Translations under genes and position numbers: made by a program
The notes under the pieces: model-generated
What the model saw: the letters and a program-made list of their open reading frames with translations, nothing else
What the model was told of the DNA's origin: nothing
Database searches by the model: none
Part shown: positions 22,287 through 33,185 of the stretch, in pieces
Layout of the letters: every line of letters begins with the position of its first letter
How positions within the stretch are numbered: position 1 is the first letter of the stretch
Source: an uncultured Spirochaetota bacterium
GTDB lineage: Bacteria > Spirochaetota > Spirochaetia > SZUA-6 > Fen-1364
DNA length: 64,000 nucleotides
Assembly: GCA_963734545.1 (NCBI GenBank)
Contig: CAVTHO010000007.1
Span: forward strand, 672,001 to 736,000
Direction of reading: 5' to 3'

Positions 22287-22350
22287 CGGGCCATACTATC
22301 GTCCCCCATCACAGATGATCAAGGGCGAATGCGCCGACTGCGGTGCAGAC

Positions 22351-24702
22351 CTACTTCAGAGTGACGATCGTCTTTCCGAAACCGCCCTCCTCGGGCGCGG
22401 AGAACCGAAAATCAGCCACGACATTCGAGTCCCGAAGGTACGCATGGATCGCGGTTCTCAGGATCCCCTCCCCTTTCCCGTGCACGATGCTGAACTCGCG
22501 CAGACCGTGAATGACCGCGGCGTCGATCTGCTTCTCCACGAGGCGCATCGCTTCATCCAGGCGCATCCCGCGCACATGAAGCTCCAGCACAGGAGGATCG
22601 ATCGGCGAGGCGGGAGTATAGCTCACGGACACGAGGGGGGACGCCTCGGCGGCATCCGCGGGACGCATTTCTCCGGGCAGCAGGGACAGGCGCAGCGTCT
22701 CGGTTTCCACGACCCAGCGCTTGCCCTTGTCCCTCCGCACGACCTTTCCCCTGCGGCCCGGTGCGGACAATGACGACGTCCAGCCCTTCCCGGGGCTCGA
22801 ACGACTGGGCCGGGCAGAAGCGCCTCTCCCTCCTGCTCGATCCGGCTTTCCTCGCGCGCGATTCTCTCCTGTATGCCAGCCGCGAATCGGCCAAAATCAG
22901 CTCCTCCCGGAGACAGCGCCCTTTTCGCGCAGCGCGTCCCATTCCCGGCGCGCCTCGCCCAGGAAATCCCGCAGCTCCTTCAGGCCGTGCCTGCGCAGCT
23001 CCAGCTCCTTCTGCCGCAGCGTGAGCGCTTTCAGGTCCGTGGTCCGCCATTTTTCCCGCAGATCGTGCGCAAGCGCCTCGTGTTCCTCCTCCGCCTTGAC
23101 CAGCTTGTGATGACGCTCGGCGAGATTCGAAACGATCCGCGAAATGTCCGTCCGCTCGCCGTCCAGGTAGGAGGAGGCGTTCGACAGAACGCTTTCGGGC
23201 AATCCGCTCCTGCGGGCTATTTCGAGCGCGTGACTCTCGCCGGGAACGCCCATGAGGATGCGATACGTCGGGCCGAGGGTCTGCCGGTCGAAACCCATCG
23301 ATGCATTCTGGGCTCCGGGCCGGGTCGCCCCGTAATTCTTGAGGATCCCGTGGTGGGTGCTGACCAGCACGAGGCAGCCTGCCGTCAGGAAATGGTCCAG
23401 GAGGGCCATGGCGAGCGCCACACCTTCCTGCGGATCCGTCCCCGCTCCCAGCTCATCCAGCAGCACCAGGGAGCGCGGGGTGACGCGGCGCACGATCCGG
23501 GAAAGGTTGCCGATGTGCGCGGAGAAAGTGGAGAGAGACTGCTCGATGGACTGCTCGTCACCGATGTCCGCGAAAATCTCGTCGAAAAGCGGCAGCAGGG
23601 AGCCTTCCGCCGCGGGGATCTCCATCCCGAATTGATTCATGAGGGCAAGGAGCCCCACCATCTTGAGACTGACTGTTTTCCCACCGGTGTTCGGACCGGT
23701 GATGATGAGCACGCGATTATCCGCCCCCGCCGACACCGACACGGGCACCACCCGCTGCCCCAGGAGGGGATGCCGGGCATCGCGCAGCTCGATGCAGCCC
23801 GGGCTCCCCACCGCTCCCTCGGACATGTCCGCGCGCCGGCAGGAATGCTGCAGCGCGTATCGGGCCCGGGCGAGAATCGTGTCAAGGAACGCGGCCCTTT
23901 CAACCATGAGGCTGAGCTCCCCTGCCCGGGCGCGAAACCTCCGCGGTAAGCTCGCGGAGGATCCGCCTCACTTCCAGCCGGTAGAGGTTTTCCTCCTGCA
24001 CGATGGCGTTGTTCTTCTCCACCACTTCCAGAGGCTCGATGAAGAGCGTCGAGCCGCTGGCGGACATTTCGTGCACGATGCCCTTCACCCTGCCCTTGTA
24101 CTGGGACTTCAGCGGAAGCACGACCCTGCCGTCCCGCTGGGTGGGGGTCGTTGTCTGCCAGTACGCGTGATAGTCATGGTCTTCCAGCAGTCCGCGCACC
24201 GCGCGGTCCGCATCTGCGCGGTGCCGGCGGATGCGCTCCCGGATTGCCGCGAGCTCCGGGATCTGTTTCTCCTTCAAGAGGCCCTCCGGGTCGACGATGT
24301 GGAAGATCCGTCGGGAGAGCGGCGTGAGGTCGGGGATCTCCGAGGCAATGGCGCCCAGCCGGCGCGCGCCTGACTTGAGAACGATCCTTTTCAGCTTGAG
24401 CCCGGAGAGCACCCAGCGGCCGATCGCGGCAAGCTCCTCACCTTCGAGCTGCATGCCGGGCTTCCCCAAGGGTCGGGAGAATGCCGTCGAGATCGGGGAA
24501 ATCGAATCCCGGCAGTGATTCGCCGGATTCAAGAATCGCGCGGAACTCAAGAGCAAGGGCGTGCGCATCAGTCAGAGACTTCGGCTCCGTGAGGAGGGGC
24601 TGGCCGCGCAGGGCCACCGCTCCCTCAGGGCTCACGCACAGCGCGGCCAGCTCGTCGATGATCTTCGGGAACTCGAGAAGGGCGAGGCGTGTGCTCATCC
24701 AT
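22351..24702 (-). CDS. mutS2: Endonuclease MutS2 (several apparent frameshifts)
   Basis: Fragments in order: LLEFPKII, GIVHEMSASGSTLFIEP, ITGPNTGGKTV, IGDEQSIEQSLSTFS, LDELGAGTDP, Smr domain IVHGKGEGILR. Confidence 0.93.
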
Positions 24703-25631
24703 GCGCCGTTCTCCGTGCATCCCGAAGCTCGGACACTATGCGCAGGTAGCTTTCGTAACGATCCGGATGGATCTCTCCGCCCTCCACCGCGGAGGCGACC
24801 GCGCAATCCGGCTCGTCGACGTGGAGGCAGGGCTGATACGCACAGGCCTGCATGAAAGGGGCGAAATCGCGGAAGTGAAATCCGACCTCCTCCGGCAGGA
24901 TTTCGGCGAGCTCGAGCTCACGCACGCCGGGGGTGTCGACTATCCGAAGCCCCTCGCTCAGAAGGAACAGAACGGAGAAGTTGGTCGTGTGGTTCCCCCG
25001 GTCGTGCTTCTGGGACAGCTTCCCGACCCGCTGGCCCGAGTCCGGCGAGAGTGCGTTCAGCACGGAGGATTTCCCCACTCCCGAGTGCCCCACGAGCACG
25101 GCTGTCTTTCCCTTCAGCAGAGCGGCAAGCTCTTCCAGCCCCTCTCCCGTGAGCGCGGAACAGGAGTGCACCCCGTAGCCCATGCGCGAATAGTGAGCAA
25201 GCCTCTCCACGATCTCCGGCGGGGCACGGCAGGTCACATTTGTTGAGGAGCACGAGCGGAGTCACGCCGCCCGATTCGGCCGCCACGATGAGCCTGTCCA
25301 CGAATCGGGGCCGGAAGGGCGGCGAGCTCGGGCTGGTGACGCAGATGGCCAGGTCAACGTTCGCCGCGAGCACCTGCGGCGCCCTGCCCTTCTTGTTCCA
25401 CCGCTCGAGCCGGGTGCGCCGCGGCAGGACGGTGGCAATCATGCCCTCCTCGGGGCTCAGCCCATCGGGGATCACATCTACCAGATCACCCGGCGCGATG
25501 GGGTTGTAGCTTCGCGCGTCCTCCCTCAGCTTCTTGCCCTTGATCCTGCACTGGAGCCGGAGCCCGCCGGCGTTCACCGTGTAGATCGAGTTGATGCCGA
25601 GAAGGACTTCTCCCCTGATCGATTCCAGCAT
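24695..25631 (-). CDS. rsgA: Ribosome small subunit-dependent GTPase RsgA (frameshift near 25225)
   Basis: AANVD, NKCDL, GHSGVGKSS, RGNHTT, DTPG, CxxxxCxHxxEPDC. Confidence 0.95.
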
Positions 25632-25636
25632 GGGCG

Positions 25637-26432
25637 TCAGAGAGCGCCTTCCAGCCGAAGGTCGTATTGCCCGGCAAACCATCCATACCTCTCCTCCAGG
25701 GGAGCGGGGCCGGTGACGTGAAGCGAGGCCTCCCCGGGGTGACCGTTCGCCGAGGAGTGACCCTCGAGCAGGCGCGCCACCTGCCGCGACACTCCCTCGC
25801 GGGAATCCACGAGCGTGACGCCCTCCCGGTCGAGCAGGGTCCGGAATTCCGACTCCAGATGCAGGAAATGGGTGCAGGCGAGCACGAGCGCATCTATGCG
25901 CGCGTGGCGAAAACGATCGACCTCGCGCCTCACCCGATCCGCCCTTTCCGCTGGCCCGGCGCGGTACAGATCGCGCTCCACGAACTCGACAAGCCCCGCT
26001 GCGGGCAGGCTCACCACGGTGCATCCCGCCGCGTGCTTTTCGATCAGCGCGCGCAGGTAGTCGCCCTCCACGGTCTGGCGGGTGGCCAGGACGCCCACGC
26101 GGTGACTGCGGGAAAAGGACGCCGCGGGCTTGACCGCGGGGACCACGCCGACGAATGGGAGCGGAAATCGGGCACGCAGGGCTTCGAGCGCCACCACGGA
26201 GATCGTATTGCAGGCAACAACGATGAGAGCCGGATGGGCGCGCGCGATCAGGCGCGCAGTGACCGCCGATGCTCGCCTCGATGATCCGGGCCGGCTCCTT
26301 CTCCCCGTAGGGAAAGTTCTCCCTGTCCGCGACGTACACGTACCTCCTGTCGGGGAGCAGGCGCCGGGCGTGAGCAAGGTACGGGAGGCCTCCGACACCG
26401 GAGTCCAGGAATGCGACGGGCTCAGGAGTCAT
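25637..26432 (-). CDS. murI: Glutamate racemase (frameshift near 26270)
   Basis: FLDSGVGGL, FPYGEK, VACNT, VLACTHF. Confidence 0.95.
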
Positions 26433-26725
26433 TTCCGAAGAGCTTATCGAGCTTCCGTTTCGCCTGCTCCGATGCATCGGAGGGCGGAGCCCCGCGCTGC
26501 GCCGGCGGCGCCGGAGCGAAAAGAGAAAAATGTGCAGAAGTTCGCCCTGTCCTTGTCCTTCACAAGCTCATCCACTGATTCTGAGCAGTCCCAGTGCGCA
26601 CCGGGGCTGTAGAAACGACAATTCAGGCAGACCTTGAGGTCTTTGCCGCAGGAATCGCAGGTCGACGAGCGGTACACTTCTCGCGGGTTCTCGACGACGG
26701 CTCCGCACGAGTGGCACGCGTGCAT
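26422..26725 (-). CDS. Small Cys-rich (zinc-binding) hypothetical protein; C-terminus probably frameshifted
   Basis: CHSC...CDSC...CLNCRFY...CSE...RANFCTFF; the alternative frame ends AKRKLDKLFGNDS. Confidence 0.7.
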
Positions 26726-26799
26726 GGGGACAGGATATATCAATTGCCGGCGCCCGGCAAGCTTGCTCTCTCCGCGTGGGAGGGGTACCATTGCAGGGT

Positions 26800-27392
26800 A
26801 TGTTCACGCCGCGATCGTGCACGCACAAGAGCTGCGGGCGGCCCGCCCTTTCCGCCTCCGACTTCTGCATCGTTCACCACCCGGACCCGGAAGGCCATGT
26901 CATGGGCTCCTGCGGTCGCTGGGCAGCCCGCCCGCCCTGCGCGATCTCGATCTTCCCGGAATCATCCTGTCGGACGTGGACCTCAGCGCCGCGGAGATTT
27001 CGGGATGCCGGTTCACGGCCGCGACGTTTCTCCGAGTGAAATTCGGCGGCGCCCAGATCCAGCTCTCGTTCCTGGATCGGGCCACTTTCACGGAGTGCGA
27101 CTTTTCCGGAGCAAACATGCAGAACAGCGTGCTCGCCGGATCCACGGTCACCGGATGCTCTTTCGCAGGCTGTGAGATGGTGCAGGTCAACTTTCTGGGC
27201 CTCCGCTGCGTGCGGACCGGCTTCGATCATTCCAACCTGTACGGATCGCGTTTCGTGGGCTCCCTCATGGAGCAGGTCAGCATGAAAGACTGCAACCTCA
27301 CGCGGACAACCTTCGACGTGGGCCATCGAACCGCCGTGGACTTCCGCTCCTCCAATACGAACGAGGCCATATTCCTGGAGCCGATGCCGTGA
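26800..27392 (+). CDS. Pentapeptide repeat protein with N-terminal Cys/His knuckle (frameshift near 26910)
   Basis: CTHKSCGRPALSASDFCIVH followed by pentapeptide repeats (DLSAA, DFSGA, SNLYG, CNLTR). Confidence 0.8.
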
Positions 27393-27958
27393 GGTTTTTT
27401 TCCCTCTTTTCCAGCACGGGGTTCTCCAATACCTATCTGATCGGGCCTGACGGCGGCGGGGATGCGTTCCTGATCGATCCCGGCACATTCGATGCGCCGC
27501 TTCTCCAGGCCGTCGAGGGCAATGGTCTCTATGTCAGGTCGATCCTCGTCACCCACGCGCACAATGCGCACATCAACGGGATCCGGGCGCTGCTCAAGGT
27601 GTATGACGCGGTGATCTACGCCAACCAGCCCAGCGTGCTGGATTTCCCCGCCCGCCACATCCAGGAGGATGACGCGCTCTCCCTCGGGGAGTTCACGGCT
27701 CGGGTAATCGAGACGCCGGGGCATTCCATCGATTCATTGTCGTTCCTGCTCGGCCATATGCTTTTCACCGGTGACATACTTTCCGCCGGCGGGATCGGGA
27801 GCACGCGTGACGGCTACGCCCGCGGTCTCCTGCTGGAGACGGTGCGGCGAAAGCTGCTGCCCCTGGGAGACGAGATTCTGCTCTTCCCCGGTCACGGCCC
27901 TCCCTCAAAGATCGGAATCGAAAAGCTCTACAATCCGTTTCTGGGTGAAAAGCTCTGA
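27389..27958 (+). CDS. MBL-fold metallo-hydrolase
   Basis: LIDPG, THAHNAH (canonical Asp of HxHxDH replaced), TPGHS, FTGD, PGHG. Confidence 0.88.
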   Translation: MRFFSLFSSTGFSNTYLIGPDGGGDAFLIDPGTFDAPLLQAVEGNGLYVRSILVTHAHNAHINGIRALLKVYDAVIYANQPSVLDFPARHIQEDDALSLGEFTARVIETPGHSIDSLSFLLGHMLFTGDILSAGGIGSTRDGYARGLLLETVRRKLLPLGDEILLFPGHGPPSKIGIEKLYNPFLGEKL

Positions 27959-28885
27959 AGCTGCGTCAGGAGGGAACGGAATCTCGACGGCACCGGCGCG
28001 GTGAAAGTGCGCGGCTGGGCGTCTCCCGGGCAGCTTTATGACAAGGCTGCGTGCATGCAGCAGCAGTGATGCGTCTGGAAACCGCGGGTCCCGGCTCCCG
28101 TACAGGGGATCGCCGAGGAGGGGAGCCCCGAGGTGGCGCATGTGCACGCGAAGCTGGTGGGTACGGCCGGTGCGGGGTGAAAGAAGCAAATATGCATAGC
28201 TGTCCCTGCCCGCACCGAATGTACGCAGAACGCGGTACCGGGTGACGGCGAGCCGTCCGCCCGAGAGCACGCAGGTGAATCTCTTCCTGTCCCGCGGGTC
28301 GCGCGCGATCCGGGTTTCGATCCGCCCCTCTTCCGCGGGCATCCTGCCGTGCACGACCGCGATGTAGCGCTTGCGGGCGGTCCGGTCCTGGAATTGCCCG
28401 GCCAGGAAATGGTGGGCCGCGGAATTCTTTGCCACGATGATGACCCCGGATGTTTCTTTGTCGAGCCTGTGGACGATTCCCGGCCGCGGATCGCCCGGCG
28501 GAAAGCCGGCCGCGAGATGCGCAGCGTGAAAGAGGACCGCGTTCACCAGCGTGCCCGATTGGTTGCCGCTTCCCGGGTGCACCACGAGGCCCTGAGGCTT
28601 GTCGATCACGATCACATCCTCGTTTTCGAACAAGATCGAAAGGGGAAGGTCTTCAGGGCTCAGCTGCGAAGCCGGCGGGTCGGCGTAGGAAAGCGCCACG
28701 ACATCGCCGAGCTTCAGCTTCCGCCCCATGCGTGCCGGGGCGCCGTTTACCGCAAGGCTGACGACCCGGGACCGGGCCTGACTCCGCGTGAAGAGCCCGA
28801 GACGCTCCGTGATGAACACGTCCAGCCTGATCCCTATGTCCTGCGGGCGCTCAACCCTCGCCTCAATGGCGCGTGGCTGGCTCAT
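27928..28885 (-). CDS. RluA/RluD family pseudouridine synthase (C-terminal frameshift near 28025)
   Basis: S4-like RLDVF, KPQGLVVHP, HRLDKETSG, TGRTHQLRVH, GDPLYG. Confidence 0.93.
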
Positions 28886-29255
28886 TCGCCCGACCGATGA
28901 GATAGTCGATACCGGCAATCATGAGGGATATTGAAACGGCCGAGACGGCAAGCCACGCGGTCTCCTGCGCCGAATACGTTGTGGCGATGCCGGAGCCCAG
29001 GGGCCACGGCGCGTAGCTCGGGTCGAATCGGCGGGTGACGTATCGGTAGGTATCGTACACCTCGAGGGTGAGGAACAGCGCGAAGGGGAAGGCGCCCACG
29101 GTGATGGCTTCCGCCCTCCAGATATCCTTCAGCCAGGGGGCGACCTCGCCGGGAGCCAGGGGCTGCGGAACGTGCTCCTGCGCACAAGCGGCCGCGCCGC
29201 ACGCAGCGAGCAGGACGATGCAGACCACGGCAACACGGGGAAGGCGGCGGCTCAT
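28863..29255 (-). CDS. Hypothetical membrane protein
   Basis: 130 aa; signal-like N-terminus and two hydrophobic segments; coupled to its neighbours. Confidence 0.6.
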   Translation of the reverse strand: MSRRLPRVAVVCIVLLAACGAAACAQEHVPQPLAPGEVAPWLKDIWRAEAITVGAFPFALFLTLEVYDTYRYVTRRFDPSYAPWPLGSGIATTYSAQETAWLAVSAVSISLMIAGIDYLIGRANEPATRH

Positions 29256-29956
29256 TTCTGTTCCCTCCGGCCGAAGAGGGCGGTTCCGACTCTCACAAGG
29301 GTCGCCCCTTCCTCTATGGCGATCTCGAAGTCACTCGACATGCCCATGGACAGCGTATCGAAGAACGGCAGCCCGCCGCCCGCCCGCACCTCCTCGAATA
29401 CGGAGCGGAGGGCGGCAAATGAAGAGCGAACTCTCTGCGTATCCTCGCTGAGGGGACCCACCGTCATCAATCCCCTCACCCGGAGGTGCGTCAGCTTCCC
29501 GATCCACTCCAATCCGGCAAGCAGCTCGCTGCGGGACAGAAACCCTGACTTGGTGGGCTCGCCGCTCGTATTGAGCTCCAGCAGGATGTCCACTGTCCTG
29601 CCTCGCTCTTCGCACCGGGCATGGAGGGCTTCCGCGGTCTCCCGCTTGTCAATCGACTGAACGCACGCGAACAGGCCCGAGGCCGCGCGCGCCTTGTTTC
29701 TCTGCAGGTGCCCGATGAGATGGAGCTCGAACCCGCCGGGCAGGTCGAGGTATTTCTGCTCTGCTTCCTGCACCCGGTTTTCTCCGAACAACGACAGGCC
29801 TGCCGCCCGCGCATCGAGCACGACCTGCTGGGGAAAGCCCTTTGTCACGGCCATGAGCCTGACGGCCGACGCGTCCCGGCCCGCCCTCTGCGCGGCGGCG
29901 CTGATGCGGTCCCGTACTGCCGCAACGGCGGACGTGAGAGTTCCTACCATCTCCAT
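29252..29956 (-). CDS. yggS: PLP homeostasis protein YggS/PROSC
   Basis: MAVTK, FGENRVQE, HLIGHLQRNK, LSMGMSSDF, VRVGTALFG. Confidence 0.95.
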   Translation of the reverse strand: MEMVGTLTSAVAAVRDRISAAAQRAGRDASAVRLMAVTKGFPQQVVLDARAAGLSLFGENRVQEAEQKYLDLPGGFELHLIGHLQRNKARAASGLFACVQSIDKRETAEALHARCEERGRTVDILLELNTSGEPTKSGFLSRSELLAGLEWIGKLTHLRVRGLMTVGPLSEDTQRVRSSFAALRSVFEEVRAGGGLPFFDTLSMGMSSDFEIAIEEGATLVRVGTALFGRREQK

Positions 29957-30468
29957 TGCCGCACCGGAGGATATGCCCTGCTCACCGCTGCGGCGACAAG
30001 TATTCCGAGCAGCACGCCTACGCCGCCCTGCAGGAGATTGCCCGGCACGTCACCGAGTGACGCCCCGAACCCCGCAATAAGAGACCCGCCCGCCAGGTAG
30101 CCGCCAGCCATGACTGCAATGCCGACAAGGCCGGCGGCGATGCTCAAGCCCACGTTCGCGGGCCGGGCGCGCGCAATGAGCCCTACCAGCAGTCCCTGCA
30201 GACCGTGCACGACGAGGGAGATCGGCGCCCAGATGGCAAACGGGCTCAGGAGATCGGCGAGTGCCGTTCCGATCCCCCCGGCGAACATCGCCGAAACAGG
30301 GCCGAGGGTTATGGCGGTAAACACGATCGCGACGTCCCCCAGATTGATGTACCCCCTGGCGGGAGTCGGTATCTGCACGACCCTTGTCAGCACGGTCGTG
30401 ACAGCAGCGAGAATCGCAATGGAAGCAATCCGAAATGCCGGTGACATGACCGGCCGATCATCGCTCAT
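29944..30468 (-). CDS. ECF transporter substrate-binding S component
   Basis: Very hydrophobic; IPTPARGYINLGD, GGIGTALADLL; adjacent to T and A components. Confidence 0.85.
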   Translation of the reverse strand: MSDDRPVMSPAFRIASIAILAAVTTVLTRVVQIPTPARGYINLGDVAIVFTAITLGPVSAMFAGGIGTALADLLSPFAIWAPISLVVHGLQGLLVGLIARARPANVGLSIAAGLVGIAVMAGGYLAGGSLIAGFGASLGDVPGNLLQGGVGVLLGILVAAAVSRAYPPVRQWRW

Positions 30469-30594
30469 GCAGAGCCTCCCTGTGAGAGTATAGGCGAAAA
30501 ACAGCCGTCCGAAAAGAACATGCCGCGGCATCCGGCGGCGCTGCGCGATTACGGCGCGCGAGCATACGCGACAGCTGCGCGCGAGCCGGTGCGA

Positions 30595-31372
30595 TCAGGC
30601 CTGCCAGCGTACCAGCGCCGGACTGATGAACAGGAAGCTGAGACAGAGACACACGATCAGGTCGGCAACCAGGCGCCGGCCCTTTTTCAGTTCCGCGTAT
30701 ACGGTCCGGGGATTCCGTCTTCCGAATCCCCGGCTCTCGAGAGCCATGGCGAGCACCGGTATGCCCTTGACCGCCTCGATCAGCAGGGAGGTAAGAACCG
30801 GGCAGATAGGTATCGATGATCTTCTTTCTTCCCCGGGTCGCGGGCGGACCGGCCCGCAGCCGATGCGCGTCCAGCACGTTGTGCCAGGTCGACGCAAGGG
30901 AGGGCATGGTCCGCAGGGCGACGATCACCACCAGGCAGAACGTGTAGGGAAGACCGAACCATCTCAGGCTGAGGACAAGATCGTCGAGGGAGACGGTCCT
31001 GACAACCGCAAAGAACCCGAATGTGACTCCGATAAATCGCAGGAGCAGGATCAGGGTTTCGCGCACTCCGTCGCTCGTCAGGAGAACAAGGCCGAACAGC
31101 GTGACGACATTCGTGCCCGCCCGGTGAAAGGGCGGGGTCAGAAGGCAGATGAAGACGAGGACGGGCGCCATCGCCTCGAGCGGGGGAAGAAGCTGGCGGA
31201 GTCCCAGCGCCGACGCAGTGACGATCACCAGGGCCGCCGCGAATGGCGCAAGCACCAGGGGCGGAACGGGAAGGAAGAAGCAGATGAAGAGGGGAACAAG
31301 AAGGAGAAGCTTGGCCCGGGGATCGAAACGGTGAAGAAAGCTGTGCCCGGGCCGGAAAAAATCCACGCTCAT
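30595..31372 (-). CDS. ECF transporter transmembrane T component (frameshift near 30800)
   Basis: HRFDPRAKL, AHRLRA, ALESRGF. Confidence 0.85.
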
Positions 31373-32841
31373 GAAGCGGCCTCCCGGGAAACAGAGGGTC
31401 GGAAATCGCGGCTCAGCTTCCCGGATTCCAGGACGAGAATCCTGTCGGCCAGCGACATCGCCAGGTCCATATCGTGCGTGATCAGGATGATGCCCGGCGC
31501 GCGCGGGATCAGCGCGTCGAGCAGGCGCTCGACCTCCCTGCAGGAAAGCCCCGAGTCGATCTCATCGAGGACCAGGATCTCGCGGGGCAGCAGGTAGGAG
31601 ATCGCCGCCTGCAGTCTCCTGCGGCCGCCATAGCTCATGAGCGCGGGAGGAGAGGCCGGGTCGGGCAGCGAAAAGAGCCCGACGGCTTCTTCGATTTTCT
31701 GTTCGATCTCGTCCCTGCTCATGCCCTGCCGCCGCAGGCCGAGGGCAAGCTCGTCGCGGACAGTGGGAAGGTAGATCTGGTGGTCGGGATTCTGAAAGAG
31801 ATATCCCACCCTCCCATTGAGCTCGTTCGCGGAAGCAGGGGAGAACCCCGAGCCCGAGCGCAGCGACACAACGCCGGTCTGCGGCGTCAGAAGGCCGCAG
31901 AGGATCCTTCCAAGAGTCGTCTTTCCCGATCCATTCCTTCCGAGGAGCGCGCATACCTCGCCGGCGCGCACGTCGAGAGAATCAATGGCCAATGAAAAGC
32001 TGTCCCGACCGGGGAAGCGAAAACTCACTCCTTCCACCCTGAGCTGGACCTGGGCAGACCCTCCGCGGGAGGGCCCCTTTTCCTTGCGCGGGAGGATACC
32101 TTCGCCGGACAGCGCGCGGTGGAGCTCGGGCGCATCTCCGCTGTCCGCAGATGAGACTATCCGGCCCTGCGAGAGGAGCGCGAAATGGCCGCCCCTGTCC
32201 GCCAGGAGCGGGGACCACCTCGAAGCAAGCGCAAGCACGGTCCTTCCCGTTTCAGCGAGAAGGTCCAGCGTGGCGGTTTTCCAGGCCTGATCGAGCTCGT
32301 CGAGGGACTCGTCGAGGATCCAGAGCGCGGGCCCGATCGCAAGAAGACACGCAAGGAGAAGTCTCTTTTTCTCCCCTCCCGAAAGAGTGGACGGATTTCT
32401 GTCTTTGAATGCAGAGAGACCCATTTTTCGGAGGCTCTCCTCCACCCGGTCGACAATTCGAGGCCGGGGCACTCCAAGGGATTCAAGGGCAAATGCCAGC
32501 TCAGTGTCACAACGGGTCGTGAAGATCTGCTCATCAGAATCCTGGGAGACGAGCCCGACTTTTTCCATGAGCTCGAACGGCGCGGATTTTCGCACATCCT
32601 GGCCGTCGAGAATGATCGTCCCGTCCAGCGTGCCCCCCGAGAAGCGCGGCACGAGTCCCGCCACGATCCGCGCAAAGGTGGTCTTGCCCGCGTCGGCTGC
32701 CCCGAAAAGCACGGTCACACCGCCCGTCCTGATTGTCAGCGTGAACCCGTCATGCACCGGGGCGGCTTTCTCCACGCCCATGCGGGGGTAGCGGAATGAC
32801 AGGTCCTTCACGATGAGCAGCGGAGTGTCCGGGAGGTCCAT
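31369..32841 (-). CDS. ECF-type ABC ATPase with two fused nucleotide-binding domains
   Basis: GAADAGKTT/LSGGEKKR and GRNGSGKTT/FQNPDHQI/ITHD. Confidence 0.9.
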   Translation of the reverse strand: MDLPDTPLLIVKDLSFRYPRMGVEKAAPVHDGFTLTIRTGGVTVLFGAADAGKTTFARIVAGLVPRFSGGTLDGTIILDGQDVRKSAPFELMEKVGLVSQDSDEQIFTTRCDTELAFALESLGVPRPRIVDRVEESLRKMGLSAFKDRNPSTLSGGEKKRLLLACLLAIGPALWILDESLDELDQAWKTATLDLLAETGRTVLALASRWSPLLADRGGHFALLSQGRIVSSADSGDAPELHRALSGEGILPRKEKGPSRGGSAQVQLRVEGVSFRFPGRDSFSLAIDSLDVRAGEVCALLGRNGSGKTTLGRILCGLLTPQTGVVSLRSGSGFSPASANELNGRVGYLFQNPDHQIYLPTVRDELALGLRRQGMSRDEIEQKIEEAVGLFSLPDPASPPALMSYGGRRRLQAAISYLLPREILVLDEIDSGLSCREVERLLDALIPRAPGIILITHDMDLAMSLADRILVLESGKLSRDFRPSVSREAAS

Positions 32842-32889
32842 CCTGGGAAGCGCCTTTCTGACACTATAGTGGTGGTCGACTGATCCGCG

Positions 32890-33006
32890 TCAAGGCCGAC
32901 GAACGCGCCGATGGCGCCGCAATCTCAGGATCCAGTACCCGGCCCAGGACACCGACAAGAGGGCCGGGATCCCGACGATGAGCACTTTTGCAAGCGTATC
33001 ACTCAT
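32890..33006 (-). CDS. Putative 38-aa single-TM small protein
   Basis: MSDTLAKVLIVGIPALLSVSWAGYWILRLRRHRRVRRP; preceded by TTGATG-17-TATGGT. Confidence 0.45.
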   Translation of the reverse strand: MSDTLAKVLIVGIPALLSVSWAGYWILRLRRHRRVRRP

Positions 33007-33045
33007 TGACACAGCCACCATACAGGATCGCGCACCGGGCATCAA

Positions 33046-33185
33046 TCGCGGTCGCTCCTGGCGACATTCGCGGTCGCTTCTGGCGACATTCGCGGTCGCT
33101 CCTGGCGACATTCGCGGTCGCTCCTGGCGACATTCGCGGTCGCTCCTGGCGACATGCGCGGTCGCTCCTGGCGACATTCGCGGTC
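33046..33185. repeat. Tandem array of 6 full plus 1 partial copies of the 22-bp unit TCGCGGTCGCTCCTGGCGACAT
   Basis: Read directly; only 2 substitutions across the array; each unit contains the inverted repeat GTCGC-N5-GCGAC. Confidence 0.97.

Noticed and set aside
30469-30594. Riboswitch (FMN, TPP or similar) upstream of the ECF S component
   Set aside because: No recognisable aptamer consensus, and a TATACT box close to the start implies a very short leader.
33046-33185. The 22-bp array as a CRISPR array
   Set aside because: Units are head-to-tail with no unique spacers, and there are no cas genes in the window.
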